Of a DNA stretch of 64,000 bases, positions 12,250-23,478 are shown piece after piece. The position numbers were made by a program, and so were the translations under genes. Origin of the DNA: Macrostomum lignano (lineage: Eukaryota); contig NIVC01002050.1 in assembly GCA_002269645.1 (NCBI GenBank), positions 1-64,000 on the forward strand, written 5' to 3'. Under the pieces are notes generated by a model. That model was not told where the DNA came from. It searched no databases and saw nothing but the letters and a program-made list of their open reading frames with translations. Each line of letters starts with the position of its first letter. Position 1 is the first letter of the stretch.

Positions 12250-13185
12250 AATGTGACATTGGGGATTGTGAAGTCTAGGTGGAAGTGTGACATTGGGGAG
12301 TGTGAAGTCTAGGTGGAAGTGTGACATTGGGGAGTGTGAAGTCTAGGTGGAAGTGTGACATTGGGGAGTGTGAAGTCTAGGTGAAAGTGTGACATTAAAA
12401 ATGTGAAGTCTAGATGAAATTGTGACATTAAAAATGTGAAGTCTAGATGAAATTGTGACATTAAAAATGTGAAGTCTAGATGAAATTGTGACATTAAATA
12501 ATGTGAAGTCTAGGTGGAAGTGTGACATTAAATAATGTGAAGTCTAGGTGGAAGTGTGACATTAAATAATGTGAAGTCTAGGTGGAAGTGTGACATTAAA
12601 TAATGTGAAGTCTAGATGAAATTGTGACATTAAAAATGTGAAGTCTAGATGAAATTGTGACATTAAAAATGTGAAGTCTAGATGAAATTGTGACATTAAA
12701 TAATGTGAAGTCTAGGTGGAAGTCTAGGAATGTGAAGTCTAGATGAAATTGTGACATTAAATAATGTGAAGTCTAGGTGGAAGTGTGACATTAAATAATG
12801 TGAAGTCTAGGTGGAAGTGTGACATTAAATAATGTGAAGTCTAGGTGGAAGTGTGACATTAAATAATGTGAAGTCTAGATGAAATTGTGACATTAAAAAT
12901 GTGAAGTCTAGATGAAATTGTGACATTAAAAATGTGAAGTCTAGATGAAATTGTGACATTAAAAATGTGAAGTCTAGATGAAATTGTGACATTAAAAATG
13001 TGAAGTCTAGATGAAATTGTGACATTAAAAATGTGAAGTCTAGATGAAATTGTGACATTAAATAATGTGAAGTCTAGGTGGAAGTGTGACATTAAATAAT
13101 GTGAAGTCTAGGTGGAAGTGTGAAGTCTAGGTAGAAGTGTGACATTGGGGATGGTGAACTCTAGGTGGAAGTGTGACATTAAAGA
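12250..13185. repeat. 33-34-bp minisatellite GTGACATTAAAAATGTGAAGTCTAGATGAAATT / GTGACATTGGGGAGTGTGAAGTCTAGGTGGAAGT
   Basis: Tandem periodicity with blocks of two unit variants. Confidence 0.95.
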
Positions 13186-13388
13186 ATGTAAATTCCTGCT
13201 TGATTTTGCGGGCAAGACTGCTTAAGAAATGGCCCATTCTCTGCCCGATATCGGGCTGGGCCATAGACGAAGCCGAAACGATTGTATTGTATTGCAACAT
13301 TACAAAGAGGACAACAGTAACGATTTAATATAGTCTTGTGGTGCAACCCACGCCGTCTTTACAGTACATGGCGTTCAGATGTACTCAC

Positions 13389-13763
13389 TTATAGGAAAAA
13401 TAGAACACGGGATTCAGGAAGATTCTCGGTGCGCAAAAACTTCTTGAATTTCTCCACACACTGTCTTGTTTTTGCTTCGGTAGAGACGACGCGTGAGGCA
13501 TTCTCCACATCCAAATTAGCGCTCACTTCATCACTTGTTAGCTCCCGGAGTTGATTGTCGTTGCTCGCTTCAGCAGAAAGATCGTTTACTAGATCATCCA
13601 ACAGGCCGTTGTCGAGCGCCTTGCTGACTCCAATTCCAGGCACAGGCAAGCCAGTGTACTGATTGAACATTCGCCCACGGCCACGGAGTTGGCATACAAA
13701 GTCGATTTCTTCACGCTGCAACCCAGAAATCTCGCCTCCTTCTATACAGGAGTAGTCTATCAT
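13389..13763 (-). pseudogene. Truncated ORF, possibly the N-terminus of a Crypton/DUF3504-type tyrosine-recombinase protein
   Basis: LRELTSDEV..LDVENASRVVSTEAKTRQCVEKFKKFLRTENLPE resembles the pattern upstream of DUF3504 recombinase domains. No catalytic domain follows. Resemblance judged from memory only. Confidence 0.35.
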
Positions 13764-14418
13764 GTGCTCAGAACGCTCGGGTCAGGAGTTAATGAAATTC
13801 AGTTTTAATAAAAAGTTAGACTAATTACGAGCTTATTACTTTGTCAGTCGCTCTTTTAGGCTCAGAGCTAAAATGAAATACAGTTTGCATTTTGTGCCAT
13901 AGACAAATTCCATTTTCTTGCGGGCCGAGAATCAGGACTTGCACTGAACTTAGACTGAAGCAAATGTCGCGCACAGGATTCTGCTCCCTCACTCCGATTT
14001 GTTGCTGCTAGAGCACAGACGCCATTCCAATTGCTTTGGCTCTCTGCCGCTTTCCATCTAGGTATTCCTAATTGAATTGTGCTCTCCTCTTTGTCAGTTA
14101 TCTGGGACTGGCTGCTGTATAAAACTAAACCAATGCTCCTGCCCCATTTCCTATGTTGCCGGATATTTGCTGTTTGTTTTGAGATTTATGCATTCATTCA
14201 GTTATAGCTCGTAATGCTTATTGTAATGCCGAAAAAACATATATATATATTAGGTCTGATAATTATATGATGTTAATGATTCACTAATTTATTCTTTCAC
14301 TTGTCAGTACATGAAACATTTCCGAGTAATTTTGTCGTTTGTATGGCTTCTGTTTTTTGTTCCTGATCAAGGCCTGCATTGTAAGCTGGGCTGACATCCG
14401 TGTGGATTTAGTGTCTTA

Positions 14419-14486
14419 ACCATGGAGGAAAGAATAAAATATAACTGGCTCAGATTAGCACTCCATTCTATTCTTTCCTCCATGGT
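14419..14486. mobile_element. 68-bp miniature inverted-repeat element with perfect 18-bp TIRs and a 4-bp TSD (CTTA)
   Basis: ACCATGGAGGAAAGAATA (14419-14436) and its exact reverse complement (14469-14486); CTTA at 14415-14418 and 14487-14490. Confidence 0.75.
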
Positions 14487-14912
14487 CTTAAAACCTTAGT
14501 AGAGTATAGTGGTGTTGCGCAACACTTCAGGCGCAGCTTTGTTAAAACACTCTTTGTTGTTGCTTTTGATAGAAGGGAGAATGTTTATCTTTTCTCCAAG
14601 AAACGTAGTTTCCCGTCCTTCTACTCTTAGAGAATATCTAGCTAAATGTTTGTCACTGTGACAACTACACACTATACTACCTACAGTAAAGTGGATTGGC
14701 TTTATTTATCCATTAATAAAAGGGCGAGAGTTGTAGCAGTGCGAAATTTAGTCTATGGTGCAACCAGAGTCTTCGAATCCCGCTGCCAGCTTTGTGCATG
14801 AACCTGTTCCAAATGCAAGCTTAGCAGAAATTCTAGCTACTAAGAGTTGATCGGTCAAACTTATTGCAACCACTGAGCCAGTTGGTTATCGCACTGACTT
14901 GCCCGTGCCAGC

Positions 14913-15824
14913 ATGTCGGTCCATTCCCATGAGGCAGCCAGCGACGAAACGGATCGCCTATGCGATGATACGATTGAACTGATCGGCTCATTCGGCCGAA
15001 TGCTGGCTAAAGCCAGGGCGGCCAGGACGGCTGCTGCAGCCAGCCCCGCCTGTCCGTGCGGTCGGAGCGTCGAGAGGCACCAGCAGAATCATAATCCGCG
15101 GCCGCGACGGGCCGTCAGCAGCAACGCTAGCAACCTGGACGATGCAAAAAATATTCAGCAGCCAGCTGGCCGGGTGCTGACGTCGCCTAACGAGATTCGA
15201 CTGCTTCTCCGACTTGAGTCCTGGATCGGCGACAACGGTACGCTTGTTGTGAAGCCCAGCCTGCACCGGGAGCAGCTGGCGACCATTGAGGGCTGCAACT
15301 TTGGCAACAACAGTACGCTGCAGCCAGCGCAAGGCCAAATCTATAGCGACAGCTTTGAGAACGCCGCCGATGACATTTGTGCCGGCTGCGGTGACGGCTG
15401 CGACGGTGACTGCTGCGAAGCCAACGAGGATGAGCAGCTGGAGTTAGCGCAGGTGGCGCCGGACCCTGTGGAGCAGCCGGCAGAGCATCGTCAGCAGCGC
15501 CGACTGCAGAAGTTGCGCAAGGAGACACAGCCTCCTCCGGAGCTGTCAGCTGTCAGCATCGTCAAGCCGTCGCGTCAGCAGCTACTGCAGCAACGTCGCG
15601 AACGCCTGCAGGCTAAGCGATCGGCGTCGGCCACCAAAGCAAGCAGCAGCGGCAAGGCTGTCGGCAGCAGCAGAACGCGTCGGGACCTTGCCTCAGTTCC
15701 AGCCTCCGACCAGCAGCAACAGCAGTCACGTCGAAAGCTGTCGCGCGGCGGTGCGGCAGATTCCACCTCTCTGATCGAGAAGCTGTACCGTCTGCTCAGT
15801 GCCGAGATGAAGCAGTCTGGCTAG
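14913..15824 (+). CDS. Orphan 303-aa ORF (single exon or terminal exon), Ser/Gln/Arg-rich with a short Cys cluster
   Basis: Uninterrupted GC-rich ORF in AT-rich flanks, with the same composition as neighbouring exons. Preceded by CTGAC and an acceptor CCAG at 14908-14911. AATAAA at about 15991. Confidence 0.6.
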   Translation: MSVHSHEAASDETDRLCDDTIELIGSFGRMLAKARAARTAAAASPACPCGRSVERHQQNHNPRPRRAVSSNASNLDDAKNIQQPAGRVLTSPNEIRLLLRLESWIGDNGTLVVKPSLHREQLATIEGCNFGNNSTLQPAQGQIYSDSFENAADDICAGCGDGCDGDCCEANEDEQLELAQVAPDPVEQPAEHRQQRRLQKLRKETQPPPELSAVSIVKPSRQQLLQQRRERLQAKRSASATKASSSGKAVGSSRTRRDLASVPASDQQQQQSRRKLSRGGAADSTSLIEKLYRLLSAEMKQSG

Positions 15825-17774
15825 GCCGATTCAACAATACAAGCCCCAAGTTGTTTGGAATTTCTGATTCATTTATTTACGGTTGAAGCGAAATCTTTTG
15901 ACCTCAAAGTTTTTTCATCAGAATTTCTTTGGCAAAGTGATTTTTTATTTATTTGTATTGAAAACAAGTAAAAGATAAACTGACTCATGCAATAAACGAC
16001 AATTGGCTAAGCGCCACAAGCTTGCCCTACGAGTTCAACTCGTGTTCCTTCGCAGCATTCCTGCAGAAAATCGGAGTAAATCGCCCTGTAAATGCGCATA
16101 TTACGCTCATAGCTAGTTTTTCGATTATTTTATTTTTTCTGGGTGTGCATATTTTGTTTTGACGTTAACCGCGTCCAGAACTACAAAAATTAGGGCAGTT
16201 AAATGAGTTAATTATCGGGATGCTGCTGACATGTAGCCTAATTAAGCATTACGTTACTTTGAGACTTACTGCCGAACCAAATTCATTCTCGCGACCTGAT
16301 GGCGGCAAACGCCAGCTTTCGTCAAAGCCTCGGTGCACTACCAACGTTTCCTATCGGTCCGTATTGGATACAATATACTCGCTTCGACTGGATTCTGAAA
16401 TCAACCGACAATGATTAAAGAATATAAATAAGAACGTTGCGGTGGGCCGGGAGCGATTCTTCCGGGCACAACATCCTTTACATGCAAGTCATTATTGTGA
16501 GTTGCTAAATACGATTTTTTACTTTCAGTTGTTAGTTTGCTTAGGTATTTGATCGAGGTTTGCTTTCATTTTTGGCGCTATGCTACTCAGCTAGGACCAG
16601 AAGATCATATGCACAAGATGGGCCACTCACTCATTGACCGCTTAGGTGGCCATATATCGAAGCTAATGTAAAAAAATTGTCTCGCGACAGCGCGAAAATC
16701 AACTACTGAACTCAATTTCGTCAGTAGTCTCTGTAGTACATGCACCATTCTTAATTTGATTGAACTTTTTATTTATTAATTCATCTAAAGTTCTATCACA
16801 TTCTCAAAAATAGCGTCTATGTCCCTAAAAGCTACTGAACTCAAAATTTAAGCAATCCCATGTCGGTTTTTTTGCACAAGTGACGAAAAACAGCGGTCGC
16901 ACTTTCCCTATTACCGCCATACATGGCCTATCCAAGGGAATATAAGATCTATGCTCAGGACTTAGTGTAGTTGAGTGACAGATATTTTTCTTACATTATT
17001 GAATACGTTTTTATATGCTCATTTTGATTATGGGATTCCTCGTTAAATAAGTGTCTTGAAATTGAAAGATATACTCGTATTTTAAGATTTAAAGAAAAAA
17101 TATTTCTTTATCTTTTATTATGGCAAAAGCAAAATATTCTAAGCATTTATCTCTTTTTAAACCACTTTAACCGAGCTGGTCTTAATCCAAATAAGGTCAC
17201 ACGACGACACAATTCGCCGCATTTCGAGTTACTAACATCAATGCCTCCGGGAAATAGCCATTCTATAAGCAGTTTACAGCTACGATAGGTATTGCTAGGG
17301 CTTATACTCGTATATTGCAGTATGTATTTGAGAACTGCATAAAAATGTTTAGTTTATGTTTGAAGTAATTTGCGTTTCAAGTTAAGTGAGAGACACTATG
17401 CCCGAAAAAAACTGAATCCGAGAATTTTTATCAGCTAGTTCGTTAAGTCCGTTTTTACTCAAGTCAAAGTCTTATGCATCTGTTTTATGCGTTCTGTTTT
17501 GCGTTCTGTTTTGTGTTCTGTTTTCTGTTTTGAACGTTTTATGCGTTCTGTTTTGGTTAAGCTAGAATTAGAATTATTTAGATAGTAAACATAGAAAAAT
17601 TGCTTCAAAAGTTTTTGTCAATCCCCGCGTTTCTTAAATAATCAGATTTTTTTGCGGCTTTTGCCGTTTTCTAAAATCATTGGGTCAAGGTTCTAAAATA
17701 TATTTAACCTGTCATTGTTAGAATATGGCTAATAGCTATATAGGCAATAGACTAAACTATTCAGATGCGTCTAG

Positions 17775-18266
17775 TGTAAAATAAGTTTCTTGAAGTCAAA
17801 GAATTCAAAGAATCGCCTTATTTTCGTTGTGATGACAGATGAATGAACGAATGCCGAATGCGTTCTTGGCTTGTGGATGCAATGCGCCTTAATTCATTTC
17901 ATTTATATATTTGTATTCGTATCTGAACAATCTATGTATAGTCAAGGTAATTAAGAATTTTCTAAATAATGTCTCTATCTATTATTGAATTAAAACTGGA
18001 TCGCCTGGAACTCTGGAACGGCTATGCAACCCTACAACTACAACTACTACGGCGCGCAGGAGAACTAAAACCAAAACACAGCGCATTCGCGTTTGAAATA
18101 CGATAGGAATTAGCATACAGTAAAACAATAGTAGTAAAGTACGTACAGTAAGAATCGCGGAAATAGAAACTCACTACTGAATAAATACTAACTAAATAAT
18201 ATTCAAGAATGCCGGACACATCATAAAAAGTGCGGAGATTTAACTGATACATAAAAATACTTTACA
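17775..18266 (-). repeat. 3' LTR (492 bp) of the Gypsy element
   Basis: TGTAAAATAAG...ATACTTTACA; direct repeat of 25017-25505 plus 28203-28205; one substitution noticed by eye. Confidence 0.96.
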
Positions 18267-18269
18267 TTA

Positions 18270-18279
18270 CCCCCCCTCC
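18270..18279 (-). other. Polypurine tract GGAGGGGGGG
   Basis: Purine run 3 nt upstream of the 3' LTR on the element strand. Confidence 0.85.
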
Positions 18280-19635
18280 AGAAAAACAATGCCCTCATTG
18301 TTACCGTTAAGAAAACTCTATACATACTACTTCAAAAATCTGCGTCAGTAGAACATTGAAAATTTCGATGTGCTTTGTCGCTAATACTCGTACGGTATGA
18401 AAGTGGGTACAGAAAAACAGTGATAATTTTACATTAAAAGTTGAGGAGACATGCATACCGAGTGTACCCTGAAGGAAGAAAAAAAATTCCTAGAGACGCA
18501 AGGTCGTCATGCTTGCAATACTAATACAGTTATAATCTTACTGACAGAGCCACCAGCACGACCGCACGGAAAGCAGAGGTACATTGGACACGGCGCGAGC
18601 GTTGATTCTGAACATCGATTTGCACAACAAGAATGCCGGCAAAAAGAGCAGGAAAAACTTTAAACCATTTCAAAAAATGTATTAAAGCTGATGATTATGC
18701 ATGATAGCACAACAAACCGAAACTGTCACGAGAACATCAATTCGAACGTATGCAACAGAACGCCGAAACGAATGCACAGACGACAAAATTCTAATACTGA
18801 CAGATGAAATGTTTAAGAGAAGCAAATTATTACGGTACTTGTCAACGAGTTAAATTATGCCTAAATTACGAACAATGAAATGATGAATGTTTTGAACGAA
18901 ATAACAGTTTCAGACCATTACAGTTGCAGAAAGACGTGAACGATCGAAAATTACAGTACACCTCCGCGACAACAATTCGATAGCGAAAGCATATGCAACA
19001 GATATTTTTTTAATGTTTTGTCACAATATTGGGGAAAATTAAAATGCAATAACAAAATAATATTTCTGTATTTTTTTTGAAAAAAATATGAACAACTAAA
19101 AGTTCGACGGATAAAACGATTTCACAAATGCGCGAAGCAAAAATTCAAGCAATCGAGCACCCTGCAATTGAACAATAGGAACAGTGCAATAACACGCAAA
19201 ATTTACTATTTACCAAATACGAAAATTGCATTATTAGGAAACAACCAGTCAGTATTTGAATCAAGTTGCGAATCTAATAGTGTTTAGCATGGCTTTATTA
19301 ATATCAGTGTTAAAATGCTCGCAGTCTGTCTCCAGCACAATTATTGCACGGTAGTTAAGTGTAGTAGTCCATCAGTCCCTTAGGTAGTTATCCGTCAGTC
19401 CATCAAGTAGTAATTAGTCAGTCCAGTTACCAGTAGTCGATCAGACAGTAATTAGTAAGTCCAGTTACCAGTAGTCCATCATAATCAGATGATAGTTCTA
19501 GTTAGTCCAACGGATCAAATCCAATAGTTATTAGTAGATTAACCATGATTAGTTCCAGGAATTCACCATGAAGTGGCCACAAAGTAGTGATTGGTGCAAT
19601 TACGCGCGAGATCTGTTTCTTAATGACAGTCGGTT

Positions 19636-22600
19636 CTACACAATGACCCATTCCTCTTCGACGCTTTCTTCTGGTTCTTGTTCTCTTTCGTCAGCCTCTT
19701 CGTCTTGCCACAACCCTTCTTGTCTACGCGGCTCAATGTAGCGTTTCATCTTCTCTACATTTACAATCTTTACTTTCTGATGTTCATCAATCGACTTCAC
19801 TTCATAGGTCAGGCTGGTCAACTTCCGGGTGACACGGAAAGGTCCAGTCCATGGAGCGTGGTGTTTGACAGACCAGCGAGGTTCACGCTGCCGTAGGACA
19901 GATGGTGGGATAAAAATCCAGACCAATGATCCAACCTTGAACCCTTTTTTCTTGGACTTTCTATCATAATATCTCTTCTGGCGGCGCTGTGCTAAATCAA
20001 CAGACTCTCTCACAGCTTCAAATGCTTTCAGTAGAGACTCTTTCGTGGAGCTGGCGAAAGTTACAGCAGTGCTGGCCGGCTCAGCCAGTCGATATACAAT
20101 ATCAAGAGGAAGCGTAACTTCTCGCCCAGTCATCAGGAAATGAGGCGTAAAGCCGGTGCTGCTGTGGACGGTGCTTCGATAGGCCAGAAGGCAATGAGGA
20201 ATAACATCTTGCCAGTCTTCGGGTTCCACCGTTTGCAGGTAGCATCGTAGCACGCTGTGCAATGTTCTATGGAATCTTTCTACAAGACCGTCACACTGAG
20301 GATGAAAATAGGTAGTGCGAGTTTTTTGAATGTCAAATATTTTGCAGAGACTCTTGATGACTTTGCCGTCCACGTTGCTACCCCGATCGGAGTGAATGAT
20401 ATGCGGTGCTCCCCATCTCGATATCCACACGTCGAATATTGCCTTCGCAACGGTGTTCGCTCGTTCGTCAGGAATTGGTATTAATTCGGCCCACTTAGTG
20501 AAGTAGTCGACTATCGTAAGCAATCGATTATTGCCTTGCCTCGAGGTAGCCACTTTTACTATGTCGATTCCAATGCGATGCATAGGAAATCCTGTAGCTA
20601 TCGGCTGCAGAGGGCCTCGAGTGATTGATGTTGGCCTAGATCTTTGACACGGAATGCATGACCTGACAAATAGTTCAACATCCAGGGCTAATTTTGGCCA
20701 GTAGGCACGCTTCTTGACAGATGTTCTTGTCTTTTCGACACTAAAGTGACCTAACTCATGAATTTCTTTAATGAAGCTTTCTCGTTTACACTGCGGCAGT
20801 ACTAGAACAGGCTTAGTCTTGAATAAATAATGCATTACACCGTTAATGAAGCACAATTCGTCGGCTTTGGACATAAGGCTCAAACTTTCTGGTGACATTC
20901 TATCTCGTTCTCCAGTTTCAAACGCTGTTTTTCCATTGGCTAGCTTCCGAAATACTGGTCCAATTCCTGGATCCTGTAACTGCAGTGCACGCATACTCGG
21001 CTCCTCTTCAGTCTCACTCTGCTCAGCTTCGTCTATTAACTCACTTTCGTCCTCGCTTTCGGATTTCCTTGGAACCAGCGTTTGTTTCCTTCTAGACAAA
21101 ACAGCTGCGACAGTCTGATCTTCGTCAGTTTGACATTCTGCATCTGAAATTGCTTTGCTAGGTCGACAAGATTCGCACGGTCTTGTACACCTGCGTGATA
21201 AAGCGTCTGCGTTGGAATGCAGTTTACCTGGCCGGTAGAGTATCTCGAAGTTAAACTCCTGAAGAGATTCGATCCATCGAGCTAATTGGCCATTAGGTTC
21301 TTTGAACTGTAGTAAGTAGGTCAACGCCTGGTGATCTACCCTGATTGTAAACTTCTTTGGCGCTAGATATGACCTAAACTTTTTAACAAACTCGACTACT
21401 GCTAGTAGTTCTCGGCGAGTCACGCAGTAATTCTTTTCGGCGGTGCTGAGCACTCGACTTCCATAGGCAATCACTTTTTCTTCGCCATTCTGTTGCTGTG
21501 ATAAAACGCATCCTATGGCAAAGTCGCTAGCATCAGTATCTAGAACAAATTCGGAGTCTTCGCCTGTCATTATTGGCAATGCTAAGATAGGTGCCGATGT
21601 TAAGGCGGACTTAAGGCGAATGAAACTTTGCTCTGCCTCGTCGGTCCAGGTAAATTTCTTATCAGTTGTCAGCACTCTTAAGGGCTCGGAAATCTTTGAA
21701 TAGTCTTTAATGAATCGTCTGTAATATGATGACAGGCCTAGAAAACTTCTAACATCTTTCTGATTCGTTGGTGTTGGCCATCTCTTAATAGAATCAATCT
21801 TCTCATCGTCTACTGCTATTCCTTGAGGCGTTATCACATGACCTAAGATCTTAAGCGACTTGGCAGCAAAATTGCACTTACTAGGTTTAAGGCGAAGATT
21901 TGCTGCTCTTAATCGTTCAAAAACTTGTTTGAGTCTCTCGTTGTGAATATCTAACGTTTTACCCATAACAATAACATCATCGATGTAAGCTAAGCATGCT
22001 TCCCAATTTAAGCCTTGAAGGACCATCTGAATGAGTCTTTGAAAAGTTGATGGTGCATTGCGTAAGCCAAAGGGCATAACATTAAATTCAAAGAGTCCAT
22101 GGTGACAGACAAATGCGGTTTTCTCGCGATCTTTTTCTTCCATTTCTACTTGCCAGTAGCCTGCTTGCAAGTCTAATGCAGAAAAGTAAACGTTATTTGC
22201 TAAAGCATCTAGCATGTCGTCGATTCTTGGCACAGGGAATGCATCAGGTTTAGTTGCAGCATTCAGTTTTCTGAAATCAATGCAAAAACGAGAGCTTCCG
22301 TCCTTCTTTTTCACCAGAATGACAGGTGCAGCCCACGGTGATGTTGACGGCTGAATGACTTTATCATCAAGCATTTGTTGAATCAACTTCTCCTGCTCCT
22401 TGATGGTTGGCAGTGCTGCTCTCCTTAATGTCTCTCTGACAGGCATTGCTGTGCCAGTATTTATCGAGTGTTTCAGTAAAGCAGTTCGACCAAGCTTGCC
22501 ATCTCTTGAAAATATGTCGCTGTACTCATCTAGGATGTCACTAACAGATTTCCTTTCAGCTTCTGTGAGATCTGGAGAAATTTTGAATGTTTTCTCTGCA

Positions 22601-23478
22601 TCTTCAGTCTCTTCTTTGCTACCAGACTCGGATTTATCTGCTACTTCTTCGACGACAATGCAGGTCTCTCCTCTGCAATCTAGAGGGGTGAAGGAACCAA
22701 CTAACGAACCTTTCTTGATGGTCAGGTCTCTGTTCGAGTTCGAGTTGATAATATTGATGTACATGCCTTCATTCTTTATTAAATCAACAGTTCTAGCAGC
22801 CAAGAGTCCTGGGATTCTTTTGTTCGACTGGACTAGTCCTGGTGCCATTGACTGAGTTGACATCTTTGGTGCAATGGAAATAGTTGCTGCTTGTCCTGGT
22901 TTTAGCTGGACAGTTTCAGTTGCGATGATCTTGCAGCTTCTCTGAACTTCTGTTGTTTTTCTAGTTGGGAAACTTCTGTTCTGATTATTAAATGTGATCA
23001 TGCCTTCTGCTGGATGGATAGATACATTGAAATTAGTAAAGAAATCACATCCTAGGATGACTGAATGCTGAATGTCTTTGCAGATGATGACTTCTTGCTG
23101 ACAGACAATATCTCCAAAATTAAATTTGATTGTCATTTCTCCTAATACAGAAAGCTGTTTACCATTTGCAGCTTGTAATTTGACATTAGAAGCTCTTACT
23201 AGGTACTTTGACTTGTTAATTAAACTTGAATTTATGATTGTAGCTGAAGCACCGGTATCTATTAGACATGGAATATTTTTGCCAAAGAATTTAGTAGAAA
23301 CGTACATAACATTAGTTGACATACAGTTTACATTTACAGTTACTGGTTCTGGCACTTGGTCTTTCTCCTCAGAATTTGGGCCACTCAATGATGAGGCTGG
23401 GGTCTGGCCCCTGATCCAGCCTGTGTCAAGTTTGGGCACACTCTTTGAACATGTCCAGGTTGACCACATCTGAAGCAA
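19636..23478 (-). CDS. pol: Gypsy Pol polyprotein (protease, RT, RNase H, integrase with GPF module), intact
   Basis: LIDTGAS protease; RFCIDFRKLN, MPFGLRNAPSTFQR, AYIDD (RT); LDTDASDFAIG, VDHQAL (RNase H); HELGH..C..C and IGIDIV..HSDRG..VERFH (integrase); GPFRV. Confidence 0.97.
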   Translation of the reverse strand: MLQMWSTWTCSKSVPKLDTGWIRGQTPASSLSGPNSEEKDQVPEPVTVNVNCMSTNVMYVSTKFFGKNIPCLIDTGASATIINSSLINKSKYLVRASNVKLQAANGKQLSVLGEMTIKFNFGDIVCQQEVIICKDIQHSVILGCDFFTNFNVSIHPAEGMITFNNQNRSFPTRKTTEVQRSCKIIATETVQLKPGQAATISIAPKMSTQSMAPGLVQSNKRIPGLLAARTVDLIKNEGMYINIINSNSNRDLTIKKGSLVGSFTPLDCRGETCIVVEEVADKSESGSKEETEDAEKTFKISPDLTEAERKSVSDILDEYSDIFSRDGKLGRTALLKHSINTGTAMPVRETLRRAALPTIKEQEKLIQQMLDDKVIQPSTSPWAAPVILVKKKDGSSRFCIDFRKLNAATKPDAFPVPRIDDMLDALANNVYFSALDLQAGYWQVEMEEKDREKTAFVCHHGLFEFNVMPFGLRNAPSTFQRLIQMVLQGLNWEACLAYIDDVIVMGKTLDIHNERLKQVFERLRAANLRLKPSKCNFAAKSLKILGHVITPQGIAVDDEKIDSIKRWPTPTNQKDVRSFLGLSSYYRRFIKDYSKISEPLRVLTTDKKFTWTDEAEQSFIRLKSALTSAPILALPIMTGEDSEFVLDTDASDFAIGCVLSQQQNGEEKVIAYGSRVLSTAEKNYCVTRRELLAVVEFVKKFRSYLAPKKFTIRVDHQALTYLLQFKEPNGQLARWIESLQEFNFEILYRPGKLHSNADALSRRCTRPCESCRPSKAISDAECQTDEDQTVAAVLSRRKQTLVPRKSESEDESELIDEAEQSETEEEPSMRALQLQDPGIGPVFRKLANGKTAFETGERDRMSPESLSLMSKADELCFINGVMHYLFKTKPVLVLPQCKRESFIKEIHELGHFSVEKTRTSVKKRAYWPKLALDVELFVRSCIPCQRSRPTSITRGPLQPIATGFPMHRIGIDIVKVATSRQGNNRLLTIVDYFTKWAELIPIPDERANTVAKAIFDVWISRWGAPHIIHSDRGSNVDGKVIKSLCKIFDIQKTRTTYFHPQCDGLVERFHRTLHSVLRCYLQTVEPEDWQDVIPHCLLAYRSTVHSSTGFTPHFLMTGREVTLPLDIVYRLAEPASTAVTFASSTKESLLKAFEAVRESVDLAQRRQKRYYDRKSKKKGFKVGSLVWIFIPPSVLRQREPRWSVKHHAPWTGPFRVTRKLTSLTYEVKSIDEHQKVKIVNVEKMKRYIEPRRQEGLWQDEEADEREQEPEESVEEEWVIV

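Noticed and set aside
18022-18252. Duplicated 76/84-aa ORFs (also 25264-25518)
   Set aside because: The same LTR sequence seen twice; no protein motif.
18267-19635. env or third ORF in the Gypsy 3' region
   Set aside because: About 1.4 kb with no long ORF in element orientation.
19636-19900. Chromodomain at the integrase C-terminus
   Set aside because: Only the GPF module and an acidic tail are seen; no chromodomain pattern.
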